From Patescibacteria group bacterium (GTDB lineage Bacteria > Patescibacteriota > Microgenomatia > UBA1400 > PJMF01): a DNA stretch of 64,000 bases. A model generated the notes under the pieces. That model searched no databases. It saw nothing but the letters and a program-made list of their open reading frames with translations, and was not told the origin of the DNA. The stretch spans positions 72,539 to 136,538 of the forward strand of contig BOKX01000001.1 of assembly GCA_016861205.1 (NCBI GenBank), read 5' to 3'. Below, in pieces: positions 1 through 9,224 of the stretch (within the stretch, counting starts at the first letter, position 1; each line of letters opens with the position of its first letter). A program made the translations under genes and the position numbers.

Positions 1-364
1 CCGCTGGCAAGGAATACAGCTCAATTTGCGACCAATTTTGGCTTTTGAGAAAAGTTGCTAATGCAGCGTAGACTTCTGTTGCCCGCGAAGCAGAGACGAT
101 AAAGTCCAAGTAGTCACTTTCCTCTGGTCCCCCGATAAGTTGCCAGTGGTCGTCTTGTCTGGATAGTGGAGCTATTCCCAGTAACTGATCCTCTTCCCAG
201 ATGGCGACAAGCTGCAGTTCACCTTGACCAAGATGTTCCCACCAAGCTGCTAAGTACGTTGGTTGCTGAAATGGGGTTGCTGTCTGGCTGTTGGCCAAGA
301 GTTCGCGCCATCGTTCTGAAGTGAGGCGGTTATCAAACCAAGTAGTGTGTGTTGTTACGGTCAT
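1..364 (-). CDS. GNAT-family (CelD/BcsL-like, Acetyltransf_6) N-acetyltransferase, runs off window start
   Basis: Not in ORF track; hand translation from ATG 364: MTVTTHTTWFDNRLTSERWRELLANSQTATPFQQPTYLAAWWEHLG...LLGIAPL...SDYLDFI, with typical TPFQ/WW/DYLD motifs. Confidence 0.75.
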   Translation of the reverse strand, partial: MTVTTHTTWFDNRLTSERWRELLANSQTATPFQQPTYLAAWWEHLGQGELQLVAIWEEDQLLGIAPLSRQDDHWQLIGGPEESDYLDFIVSASRATEVYAALATFLKSQNWSQIELYSLPA

Positions 365-537
365 ACGAAAAGGTTATTTCGGCCAGTCATTATTTTCATA
401 TTATAGAGTACGTCAGAGTTTTACTGTGGCACTTTATAATGATCCTGTCTGATACAAGGGACCTTTTTCCAATCCACAACTACGCATTGAATGTGTATGA
501 AAGCGGGAGTATACTCGCGTTTTCGCTCACTTGTGAG

Positions 538-855
538 ATGAGTGAGTCAACACGAAAGGTAGTTATGGTAGCATCACTTGAACACGAAGTTGAACAGACA
601 TTGGCAGTTGTTGCTGAAACAGGTGCTCTGCCGACAGCAGAGCAAATTGAGGCCCAACTGGACATTATCAAACACAATCGCTTAGATGTGGCTGGCTGGT
701 TACGGAGTATTGCCACTGAACCGAAAGGTGAAGTTGCATTTGCTATGGCAGTGGCCGGTATGGTGGGCGGTGTGGTGTTAACTCCCTTTATTGCCATTCC
801 CGCTGCCATCGAACTAGCTCGCCAGGTCTACCTGGAAACTCGCCGCGACAAGTAA
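538..855 (+). CDS. hypothetical protein with C-terminal hydrophobic segment
   Basis: Likely start ATG 538 (MSESTRK); the longer ORF from 349 overlaps the opposite-strand gene. Confidence 0.55.
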   Translation: MSESTRKVVMVASLEHEVEQTLAVVAETGALPTAEQIEAQLDIIKHNRLDVAGWLRSIATEPKGEVAFAMAVAGMVGGVVLTPFIAIPAAIELARQVYLETRRDK

Positions 856-881
856 GCAAATAAGCCAAGTCTCAAGCAAGG

Positions 882-1502
882 CTAGTACTGGAACTTGCGA
901 ATCAGGCCCACCACTCTACCCTGGATCTGGACATTCGTGGCGTAGATTGGGCTCATGGTGGAGTTGGCTGGTTCGAGCCGGACTCGAGTCACTTCTTTGT
1001 AGAACCGTTTCAGCGTAGCCAGGCCGTTATCGAGCAGTGCAACTACGATGTCGCCGTTGTTGACCTCTTGAGTTTCTTCAATCACGACGTAGTCGCCGTC
1101 ATCGATATGATCCTCGATCATGGACTTGCCTTTGACCTGCAGCACGTAGGCACGACGTTTGCCAGTGATCATTTCAGGTGAAACTTTGAAAGCAGCGTTG
1201 GGATCGGTGTGAGGTTCAATCGGTGAACCTGCGGCGATGAAGCCCAAGAGCGGCAGATCAACACTGTCAGTCATCTTGACGAAAGTGCGATCAATCAGCT
1301 CGATACCGCGAACGGTGCCTTCAAACTTTTTGATGACTTTTTTGCGTTGCAAAGCTTGCAAGTGTTCATGAACCGTAGCTAAAGACGACACGCCGATGGC
1401 ATCAGCAATTTCTTGCAGCGTTGGTGAGTAACCATTTTTCTGGATGTACTGGGCAATGTAATCGACAATCTGGCGTTGGCGTTTGTACAGGGTGATAGGC
1501 AT
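882..1502 (-). CDS. lexA: SOS repressor LexA
   Basis: wHTH (SPTLQEIADAIGVSSLATVHEHL), AAG cleavage site, GKSMI Ser and ATLKR Lys. Confidence 0.97.
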   Translation of the reverse strand: MPITLYKRQRQIVDYIAQYIQKNGYSPTLQEIADAIGVSSLATVHEHLQALQRKKVIKKFEGTVRGIELIDRTFVKMTDSVDLPLLGFIAAGSPIEPHTDPNAAFKVSPEMITGKRRAYVLQVKGKSMIEDHIDDGDYVVIEETQEVNNGDIVVALLDNGLATLKRFYKEVTRVRLEPANSTMSPIYATNVQIQGRVVGLIRKFQY

Positions 1503-1536
1503 GGGGTCCTTTCGTCTCTTTTACGGCGTAACTTTC

Positions 1537-1573
1537 CCGAATCTTGACCTAAGAGTACCGAATCAAGACCGAA
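1537..1573. promoter_or_regulatory. tandem LexA boxes, CCGAA-N6-CCGAA direct-repeat type
   Basis: CCGAA-TCTTGA-CCTAA (1537-1552) and perfect CCGAA-TCAAGA-CCGAA (1558-1573) directly upstream of lexA. Confidence 0.8.
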
Positions 1574-1692
1574 CTCGACAACTAGATCTTTACTACATTA
1601 AAATGCTCAAAATATATCAAATACACCCAGGTGGCGAAGGTAACCAGAAACTGGTATCACCAGGTCCCTTCAGTCTGCTAGAATAGCCATCT

Positions 1693-2343
1693 ATGCAACT
1701 TATTTCTTCCATTGTTAGTTTTATTCTGCACATCGATGTTCACTTAGCTGAACTGGTCGCTCAGTACGGTCCACTGACGTATGGCATCTTATTTAGCATT
1801 GTGTTTGCCGAGACTGGGTTTATTGTGACGCCGTTTTTACCTGGTGATTCGCTGCTTTTTGCAATTGGGGCCTTGTCAGCTCTTGGTTCATTTAACTTGT
1901 GGCTTTCATTGGCAGTGCTTGCTACAGCCGCCATTCTGGGTGACACCGTAAACTACTGGATCGGTCATTTTTTCGGCCAAAAAATTGTCGACAACCCTAA
2001 CATTCCCTTTATCAATCAAGAGCATATCGACAAAACCCAAGCTTTCTATAAGAAACATGGTGGCAAAACTATTGTGCTAGCTCGGTTTGTGCCGATTGTT
2101 CGCACTTTTGCTCCTTTTGTGGCTGGCATCGGCAAGATGGATTACAGCCAATTTTTCTTGTACAACATCGTTGGTGGTCTGACTTGGGTGTTTAGCTTTA
2201 CTTTGCTTGGCTACTTTTTTGGAAACTTGCCCGCAGTTAAAGAAAACTTTACCTTTGCCGTGTTAGGCATCATCGCCGTTTCGGTGCTGCCCATGGTATG
2301 GGAGTTTGTTAAAGAAAAAAGATCTGCCCAACACTCGAAGTAG
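1693..2343 (+). CDS. dedA: DedA-family membrane protein
   Basis: FAETG...PFLPGDSLLF, GDTVNYWIG, ARFVPIVRTFAPFVAG. Confidence 0.95.
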   Translation: MQLISSIVSFILHIDVHLAELVAQYGPLTYGILFSIVFAETGFIVTPFLPGDSLLFAIGALSALGSFNLWLSLAVLATAAILGDTVNYWIGHFFGQKIVDNPNIPFINQEHIDKTQAFYKKHGGKTIVLARFVPIVRTFAPFVAGIGKMDYSQFFLYNIVGGLTWVFSFTLLGYFFGNLPAVKENFTFAVLGIIAVSVLPMVWEFVKEKRSAQHSK

Positions 2344-2357
2344 TTCGAGTCGCAACT

Positions 2358-2738
2358 ATGTTAGAAGAACACAATACCTTGCTAAGGGTAGCTGGTCCTG
2401 TCTGGAATGAAGCACAGCAACTCTCGAGTTTAGAACAAAAACTGGAACGAAGTTTTTACATTCTGGCGACAGTATGTGGTGCTGAGGCGGCTATCGCATT
2501 CTTGTACATGGCTGGTGTTGACCTAGCACGAGAGGTGGCAAGAGCTGGCTTACTACTTGTTGCTCAAGCAACTCTTTATCATTGGTGGTCGTTTGGTAAA
2601 TATCTTAGCTCATCAATGAACATTGCTGCCCACATAGCTGGTAGCTCGATTGAAACAACTGAGCCAGATTACCAACCAGAAGCTGATGTCTACTCGTCAC
2701 TCTTGTCCCACGAAGATTTGTTTGGCGAACAGGTTTAG
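2358..2738 (+). CDS. hypothetical membrane protein
   Basis: 126-aa ORF with two hydrophobic stretches, follows dedA. Confidence 0.5.
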   Translation: MLEEHNTLLRVAGPVWNEAQQLSSLEQKLERSFYILATVCGAEAAIAFLYMAGVDLAREVARAGLLLVAQATLYHWWSFGKYLSSSMNIAAHIAGSSIETTEPDYQPEADVYSSLLSHEDLFGEQV

Positions 2739-4426
2739 ATTAACGCCCGGCCAGTCATACTTTCTGGTTTGTTGATGCCCATGATGTGAAGCATGGTTGG
2801 AGCTACGTCGGCCAAGATTCCCGTTGGTAACATGACTGGCTTGTTCATGAACTGTTTGCCAATGATGATGAATGGCACCGGATATGTTGAGTGTTCTGTG
2901 TCAACCTCACCGGTGGTGTTACTGATCATTTCCTCGGCGTTACCATGGTCTGCGGTAATCAAAACGACTCCTCCGCGGTGAAAGACTTCTTTGACGATAC
3001 TACCGACCACCTCATCCAGGATTTCACAGGCCTTGATGCCAGCTTCTAAGTTACCAGTGTGCCCAACCATGTCTGCATTGGCAAAGTTACAGATGATGAC
3101 ATCATAGGTTTCTTCTTGAATACGCTTAATCATCTCGGCCCCAATTTCACGAGCGCTCATCTCAGGAATTTGATCATATGACTTGGCACCTTTCGAAGGC
3201 ACGATGACTCGGTCTTCACCAGGGAACATCAGTTCTTGTTGACCGTTCATGTAGTAGGTGACGAACCGTTCTTTTTCGGTTTCTGCCATGCGCAGTTGCC
3301 GCAGTCCGTGCTCAGCCATGACCTTACAGATTGGGTTTTTGACGAACTGAGGCGGAAATGCCACATCAACTGCCAAGCCTTCTTCATAGCGGGTCATGGT
3401 GGTGAAGTACAAGTTGCTGAGTACTTTGCGGCGGGTAAACGTGCTTCCGCCCACCGACTGTTTCAAGTGAGACTTTTCGTACTTAATCGAGTACGGGTCA
3501 AAACCTTCTTGTTTTATACCTTGCTCAAAGTCTGGCAACACGAATGCTTTTGTGAGCTCACGAGGCCGGTCGATACGGTAGTTAAAGAAAATGACAGCAT
3601 CGTTATCTTGAATGATGCGAGGTTGACCATTGGGATCACAAATTTTGATTGGTTCAATAAACTCATCGGTGATGCCCTGATTGTATTGCTGTTGCATGGC
3701 TTCTGAAGCATTCTGAGTGCAAACCCCCACGCCGTCGGTCAAAGCATCGTACGCTTTTTGGACGCGTTCCCACCGTTTATCACGATCCATCGCATAGTAA
3801 CGACCCATCAAGGATGCAAACTGGCCCACGCCCAATTTTTTACAGTGAGCCTCGATTTGCTGAATATAGTTGATACCTGATGTCGGCGGTGAGTCGCGGC
3901 CATCGGTGAAGCCGTGAATGTACACATTGCTCACGCCCTCTTGTTTACACAAGTTCAACAGTGCATAGAGATGCTCAATATTGGAGTGGACGCCACCTGA
4001 TCCGATTAAACCCATCAGATGCAAGGTGGAGTTGTTTTGTTTAACATGATTAAAGGTGTTCATGAAAGCCGGGTTGGTATTAAAGGAGCCGTCAGCAATG
4101 GCCATGTTAATACGTGGCAAGTCTTGGTACACAATACTGCCGGCACCGATATTGAGATGGCCCGTCTCGGTGTTGCCATCTTCCCCGCGAGGTAAACCAA
4201 CTGCTTCACCGCTGGCAGCTAGCTGGGTGTGTGGAAACGACAGCCAATACTTGGTCATGTTGGGGGTTTTGGCCTGTGCAATAGCATTGCCGGCATTGTT
4301 GGGACCGATGCCCCAACCATCAAGGACCAGTAAAACAGCAGGACGTGGTCCACGATATGGTTGCTGCTGATGCGTGGCATCAAAAGGTAGACTGGTAATA
4401 ATGGGTTGAATCATGGAGTCGGTCAT
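2735..4426 (-). CDS. gpmI: 2,3-BPG-independent phosphoglycerate mutase
   Basis: LDGWG, GNTETGH, DGRD, GRYYAMDRD, ANADMVGHTG, TADHGN, TEHST. Confidence 0.96.
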   Translation of the reverse strand: MTDSMIQPIITSLPFDATHQQQPYRGPRPAVLLVLDGWGIGPNNAGNAIAQAKTPNMTKYWLSFPHTQLAASGEAVGLPRGEDGNTETGHLNIGAGSIVYQDLPRINMAIADGSFNTNPAFMNTFNHVKQNNSTLHLMGLIGSGGVHSNIEHLYALLNLCKQEGVSNVYIHGFTDGRDSPPTSGINYIQQIEAHCKKLGVGQFASLMGRYYAMDRDKRWERVQKAYDALTDGVGVCTQNASEAMQQQYNQGITDEFIEPIKICDPNGQPRIIQDNDAVIFFNYRIDRPRELTKAFVLPDFEQGIKQEGFDPYSIKYEKSHLKQSVGGSTFTRRKVLSNLYFTTMTRYEEGLAVDVAFPPQFVKNPICKVMAEHGLRQLRMAETEKERFVTYYMNGQQELMFPGEDRVIVPSKGAKSYDQIPEMSAREIGAEMIKRIQEETYDVIICNFANADMVGHTGNLEAGIKACEILDEVVGSIVKEVFHRGGVVLITADHGNAEEMISNTTGEVDTEHSTYPVPFIIIGKQFMNKPVMLPTGILADVAPTMLHIMGINKPESMTGRALI

Positions 4427-5754
4427 GCGGGCGATTCTACGCTACTTGATGTTGATTCCGGTGCGGTTTGAGGAGCAGCTGTGGCAGCGGCTTGTTGCGA
4501 CATGATTTGCAAATCACTGTAGATCTGAGTCAAACGATTATATTTTTCGATTCGTTCACCTCTATTTGGTGGACCAAACTTAACATAATCACTGCCCATG
4601 CCGACAGCCAGGTCAGCTATTAAGTTATCATTCGTCTCGCCACTGCGGTGCGAGAAAATCACTTGCCACCCCGCGCTGCGGGCCAGCTGAATGACTTCCA
4701 CCGTTTCAGTAATAGTTCCGATCTGGTTCGGCTTGATCAAGATGGCGTTGCAGGTGCGATCTTTAATGGCCTGTTCAGTTTTTGCTTTGTTCGTTGCCAG
4801 CAAACTATCGCCAACGATCAAGGTGGTTTCCCCAAGCTCGGCGGTCAGAGCTTGCCAAGATTTGGCATCATCATCGTCAAAGGGGTCCTCTAGATAGAAA
4901 ACGTGGTACGAGTTGCGCATCGACTTGTAATACTCGATAAGTTCTTGCGATGAAAATGGTTGAGTTTTATCTTTTAGGTGGTACTTACCCGCCTCGAAAA
5001 ACTCGGCAGCAGCTATATCGACGCCAAAAAAGAGGTCCTGAGCTAAGGTGTACGGTGAAGTTTTAATAGTTTCGACCAAAATTTCCAGCGCATCAGTGTT
5101 GTTGTACAGATTCGGGGCGAAGCCACCTTGCAAACCAACTGAGTGAATAGCACCTTTGGCGATCAGCACTTCTTCAAGTTTGTGAAACAGCACCATAGCC
5201 ATGTTGAGTGATGCCAAGTAATCTACGTAGCTGGCGGGGATGATCTGAAACTCTTGAATGTCGAGGTTGTCCGCACCGTGCTCGCCACCGTTGATAAGAC
5301 AGTAAATACAGGTCGGGATACTCAAGCTTTGGGTCAACTGATACTTTTGTTGAACATAGTAGTACACAGGCCAGTTATTCGCAGCGGCTCCGGCTTTCAA
5401 GATAGCTTGTGAGGCAGCCAAGATACTGTTCGCACCCAACTTGGCTTTGTTGGCCGTGCCATCTAGACCGACGAGGAGCTGATCGAGTTCAGCTTGTTGC
5501 GTCGGATCCTTTCCGATTAGCTGGGGCGCGATGACCGTGTTGAGAGCTTCGACCGCGTGTAACACCCCCTGACCCAGCATTCTGCCAGTATCGCCATCTC
5601 GCAACTCGAGAGCTTCGTACTTACCCTTGGAAGTACCAGTTGGCACGCTGGTGGTGACACTTTGTCCAGAATCAAGCCACAGCGTACACTCCACGGTGGG
5701 GATACCGCGGGAGTCAAGAATTTCTCGTCCTTGCACGCTATGTATGGTTGGCAT
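4423..5754 (-). CDS. eno: enolase, general-acid Glu replaced by Gln
   Basis: REILDSRG, ALELRDGD, NGGEH, IKPNQIG, SHRSGET, ERIEKYNRL; likely start ATG 5754. Confidence 0.93.
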   Translation of the reverse strand: MPTIHSVQGREILDSRGIPTVECTLWLDSGQSVTTSVPTGTSKGKYEALELRDGDTGRMLGQGVLHAVEALNTVIAPQLIGKDPTQQAELDQLLVGLDGTANKAKLGANSILAASQAILKAGAAANNWPVYYYVQQKYQLTQSLSIPTCIYCLINGGEHGADNLDIQEFQIIPASYVDYLASLNMAMVLFHKLEEVLIAKGAIHSVGLQGGFAPNLYNNTDALEILVETIKTSPYTLAQDLFFGVDIAAAEFFEAGKYHLKDKTQPFSSQELIEYYKSMRNSYHVFYLEDPFDDDDAKSWQALTAELGETTLIVGDSLLATNKAKTEQAIKDRTCNAILIKPNQIGTITETVEVIQLARSAGWQVIFSHRSGETNDNLIADLAVGMGSDYVKFGPPNRGERIEKYNRLTQIYSDLQIMSQQAAATAAPQTAPESTSSSVESPA

Positions 5755-7963
5755 ACGGTCGATCAAGCCATTGGGCCTCGGTTACCATAATACTGGCTTT
5801 CAGCTGGCTTGCAAACTGGGGCTGGCACACAAAGCCGGTGGCTCCCAAACTGACACCCCACTCTACCCAACGTTGGTCAAGATGACCAAGCGAGAGATAC
5901 AAGGGTACTTGGTGAGTCTGATGAGAACCTGAAGGTGAAGAGCACTGTTTCAGATACTGCCATGTGGTAGCGAGCAAGTGTTGGGTAGGACCAAGCTCAG
6001 CTTGATAACGTTCAACCAGTTCTGGTTGGTGTGGGTCGATGCCAACCATTTTGGACTGGATCGCCTGAGTATTAAAAATAAACCCATGCATGGCCGGTAA
6101 TTGGCCGGTGAGGATCTCGATTACCAACTGTGGGTTATCGATTTGCAGCCAGGTCGCGTGCAGAACTCGATGGTAGGGTGAGTTGGCTAAGTAGGTTGTT
6201 AACCACTCCAACTCACTCAGCGTTCGGACACCAGTTATAAGCAGTTGCAACTGCGGTTGCTGGTGCCGCCAAGTTTCAAACAGCTCGAGCTCCCACTCGA
6301 GTAGCCACGGATGTTCGCGATAACGAGCAATGCCTCGAAGTCCAAAGTCTGGATTAGGTCCAGGACTTTCTGAGGACGTACCTTGTTCAGCTTGATTGAT
6401 ATCTCGCCAACTCCAGTCACCAAGCTGGTACCAGCTGTGGGCGGGATGCAATCCTGTCACAACGGTGGAGTCTGCAATAACTTTGTTGATTAAGATTGCC
6501 CGACGATCTGGATAGCGAGTGATCGCTGGATCAATACCTTGGCGAGTCAGCCAAGACTGAGACTCCCAGACCACACCTTGTGCCGCAAGTAAAATCTCAG
6601 TGGTTAAACTGGGGGTAACGTGGGTAATGACTTGGCTGGCGGTTGCGATTTGCCGAGTGGTGGTGTGAGTGGTCTCGGTTGCCCAAACTTCACCGCGATC
6701 AGCGCGCATCATAATGACCTCACCGGTTCTGATCCGAGTTGTTGCTTGTCGAGCCTTCATGATGGTGGGAATACCGGCTTGGGTGAGTACTTTCAGGACA
6801 ACTGGACTGGAGATGGCGCTTTCACAGATCAGGCCTGCCGCAGTTTGGAGACCAGAAAGCTGTGTGGGACTGACAGTGTCACAGATTGCAATTTCGCCTG
6901 GACGCAGTTGGTGCCAGTCAGCGCTATGGTTCGTGAGGACCCGAGCTTGGGCTTGAACTTGGCCGCTCACGACCGTTTGGCCGACGGCCACTCGCTTGGC
7001 TTTGGTATCAGCGAGTGGGTGAGCCTCACCCAACGGTTGTAAGTCCCAAATAAACCACTGGCCATTGATCAACCGCCAGTTGACCACTTGGTGCTCAAAC
7101 TGGGTTTGTTTGACACGATGGACAATGTCGCTTAGCTCCAGAATTTGTTCAGTAGTGAGTGGCGAGTGATCCCCCTTGAGGGTCAACGATTGCTCTTTCC
7201 AGCCACCAAGTACCGCGACTAGCTGGTGACTCTGAGGTCGAACAACACGCCTGACTAAAATGTGATTTCGCACATCGACCTCAAAACTCGATTGATCGAT
7301 GGCGCTTTTGACTTCATGGTACTCACCTCGCACCGCGTAGATGAGGACATGTTTAGCATGAGTGAAGGGTTGGTGGGTAAAAGCTACCCCGCTAGCTTGT
7401 GGTGTTTCGCGTAGCTGTAAGAGCCACGGTTGAGCCGGCAGTTGCTGGCCGAGGAGTTGCTGATAATTGCTGAGTAAAGTATCCGCTGTCCAAGTCTGCG
7501 CCCAAGCCAGTTGCAGTGACTCAAGTAGGTTCGCATCGCCTTGAATACACTCAAGCTCAGGTGAGCTGAGTTGTGATCGGGTCCATTCACCGAGTGCAGT
7601 TGGTGTTGGGTAACTTGGTCGCAAACTCACCATCGCTTGATGTCCCCAGTGATGATAAGCAGACCGCACGGCGGCTACTGCTGTTGACGGCCAGTGCCAC
7701 TGGCTCACTACACTTTTGACACGATCAGCCTGATCAGCGCGGTGGGCGGGGTTGTCCCACTCAGTTGATTCTAGAAGTAAGCGCAGCTGCGTAAGCTGAT
7801 CTGGTCCGCCAAGTTGTTGGAACAGTGTGCTGGGGACGACTAGAGTTGGAGTGATGGGAATGCCTTGGTCGGCTAGCGCAGCCAGCTGCTTTGCCTCCCC
7901 TCCGACCACGGCGGTTGGCCAAGCACTCAATTCAGCTAGGGACAGAATAGCCGGTGACTCCAC
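5738..7963 (-). CDS. degenerate PEP synthase (PpsA)-like protein, probable pseudoenzyme
   Basis: Three-domain PpsA layout (ASGVAFT, swivel domain, NPDFGLRGIARY) with GGK and phospho-His motifs lost; probable start GTG 7963 behind TACTAT. Confidence 0.8.
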   Translation of the reverse strand: MESPAILSLAELSAWPTAVVGGEAKQLAALADQGIPITPTLVVPSTLFQQLGGPDQLTQLRLLLESTEWDNPAHRADQADRVKSVVSQWHWPSTAVAAVRSAYHHWGHQAMVSLRPSYPTPTALGEWTRSQLSSPELECIQGDANLLESLQLAWAQTWTADTLLSNYQQLLGQQLPAQPWLLQLRETPQASGVAFTHQPFTHAKHVLIYAVRGEYHEVKSAIDQSSFEVDVRNHILVRRVVRPQSHQLVAVLGGWKEQSLTLKGDHSPLTTEQILELSDIVHRVKQTQFEHQVVNWRLINGQWFIWDLQPLGEAHPLADTKAKRVAVGQTVVSGQVQAQARVLTNHSADWHQLRPGEIAICDTVSPTQLSGLQTAAGLICESAISSPVVLKVLTQAGIPTIMKARQATTRIRTGEVIMMRADRGEVWATETTHTTTRQIATASQVITHVTPSLTTEILLAAQGVVWESQSWLTRQGIDPAITRYPDRRAILINKVIADSTVVTGLHPAHSWYQLGDWSWRDINQAEQGTSSESPGPNPDFGLRGIARYREHPWLLEWELELFETWRHQQPQLQLLITGVRTLSELEWLTTYLANSPYHRVLHATWLQIDNPQLVIEILTGQLPAMHGFIFNTQAIQSKMVGIDPHQPELVERYQAELGPTQHLLATTWQYLKQCSSPSGSHQTHQVPLYLSLGHLDQRWVEWGVSLGATGFVCQPQFASQLKASIMVTEAQWLDRPYANHT

Positions 7964-8047
7964 ACTTCTATAGTAGCGCAAAACGTACCTACTCGGCTAG
8001 CCCAGGAACACCTGGCGCCTTATAGGACCAGCCCGCGAGCTGATATT

Positions 8048-9220
8048 TTAGGCTTGAGTGACAATGACGGTTGATGCCTGATCAGTTGTGAGCTGATACT
8101 GGCTCAGACCAGCCGGCACAAAGGCGGCTTGGCCCTTGGCGAGGGTTACTTCACCTGCCGAGGTAGTCAAAGTAACTTGACCGGTTTTCACAAACACATG
8201 GGCAAAGGAGTCGTCTAGTTCCAGCGTTGTAGCAGGTGTGGCTGCCGGCAAATCGAGTAAGGTTGTTCGGTAGAACTCGTTAGTGAACAACTCTGTCAAT
8301 GTGGCTGAGCCTTGGTGACGAGTTTGAGTGGTTTGGAAGAAGTGTTCCGGTTGATTAAAAGCTGCGTTTCGATCCAGGCCATGGAAGTAATCTTCAATTG
8401 ATAGCGGCCTGACTCCCCCATCATCTTTGATGCTACCCTGATCAAAAGATCGGAGCGTACAGTTCTCGTCGCGGACGTCGAGCTGGACTTCATAGACAAT
8501 GTTGCCAAGCGGTTGACCGGGATCAACTTCCCAAGAGTGGTGAATGCCTCCGCCGGAGAGATCGATAATGTGGTCGCGCTCGACTCGAACAGTGTTTACA
8601 AATCGGCGCGGATGATCTTCATCAATAAAAGCCTTCAATTCTTGTTTGCCAGCTGCGAGACTCAGTTCCCCGGCTTTGATTCGCCGACTGATGTCTTGGG
8701 CAAAAGCATGGATAGCCAAGCAGCGTTGCTGGTACTCAGCGACATCGCAACCCGGTGCCAAGCCGAGGGTGATCAGGCCAGGTTCGAAGTAGTACCACGA
8801 CTCTGGTTTTGGTTGCCAATGGCCGAACTCTTGGCCGATTTTGACGTGCGCCTGATACGAGTTGCTTTTAGCTTGGGTAAACTTGATGAGGGTTTTGAGT
8901 TGGCCCTGGGTTTTCTCAGTGACCCGGCGACCGAGCATGGCAGCCGCGTCTTCAGCTAGGAGCTTGCCGATGGGGAGTGCTGTTGTTGTCTCACCAAACA
9001 GCTCAGGATGAGCCACGTCAGTGGCGGTCGCCAGAGCAAACCGAGGTTCGCTGCTGGGTTCGGTTGCCAAAAGTGATTCGCCGTACAGTTCAAATGATTG
9101 ACCAATTTTCTGACCCTCGAGCTTTGCATGCTTGAGGTTTTTGAACTCAGCAATATACTCGCCACCCCAGGTCGGTTGTTCTACGAGCAAGGGAATAATG
9201 TAGTACGGTTTCAAGTTCAT
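8048..9220 (-). CDS. class I mannose-6-phosphate isomerase-like cupin
   Basis: PTWGG, IKFTQAKSNSYQAH, KPESWY, IHHS, YEVQ, C-terminal cupin. Confidence 0.75.
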   Translation of the reverse strand: MNLKPYYIIPLLVEQPTWGGEYIAEFKNLKHAKLEGQKIGQSFELYGESLLATEPSSEPRFALATATDVAHPELFGETTTALPIGKLLAEDAAAMLGRRVTEKTQGQLKTLIKFTQAKSNSYQAHVKIGQEFGHWQPKPESWYYFEPGLITLGLAPGCDVAEYQQRCLAIHAFAQDISRRIKAGELSLAAGKQELKAFIDEDHPRRFVNTVRVERDHIIDLSGGGIHHSWEVDPGQPLGNIVYEVQLDVRDENCTLRSFDQGSIKDDGGVRPLSIEDYFHGLDRNAAFNQPEHFFQTTQTRHQGSATLTELFTNEFYRTTLLDLPAATPATTLELDDSFAHVFVKTGQVTLTTSAGEVTLAKGQAAFVPAGLSQYQLTTDQASTVIVTQA

Positions 9221-9224
9221 GCGA

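Noticed and set aside
349-537. N-terminal extension of ORF 349-855
   Set aside because: Overlaps the opposite-strand GNAT start and promoter region; ATG 538 is more plausible
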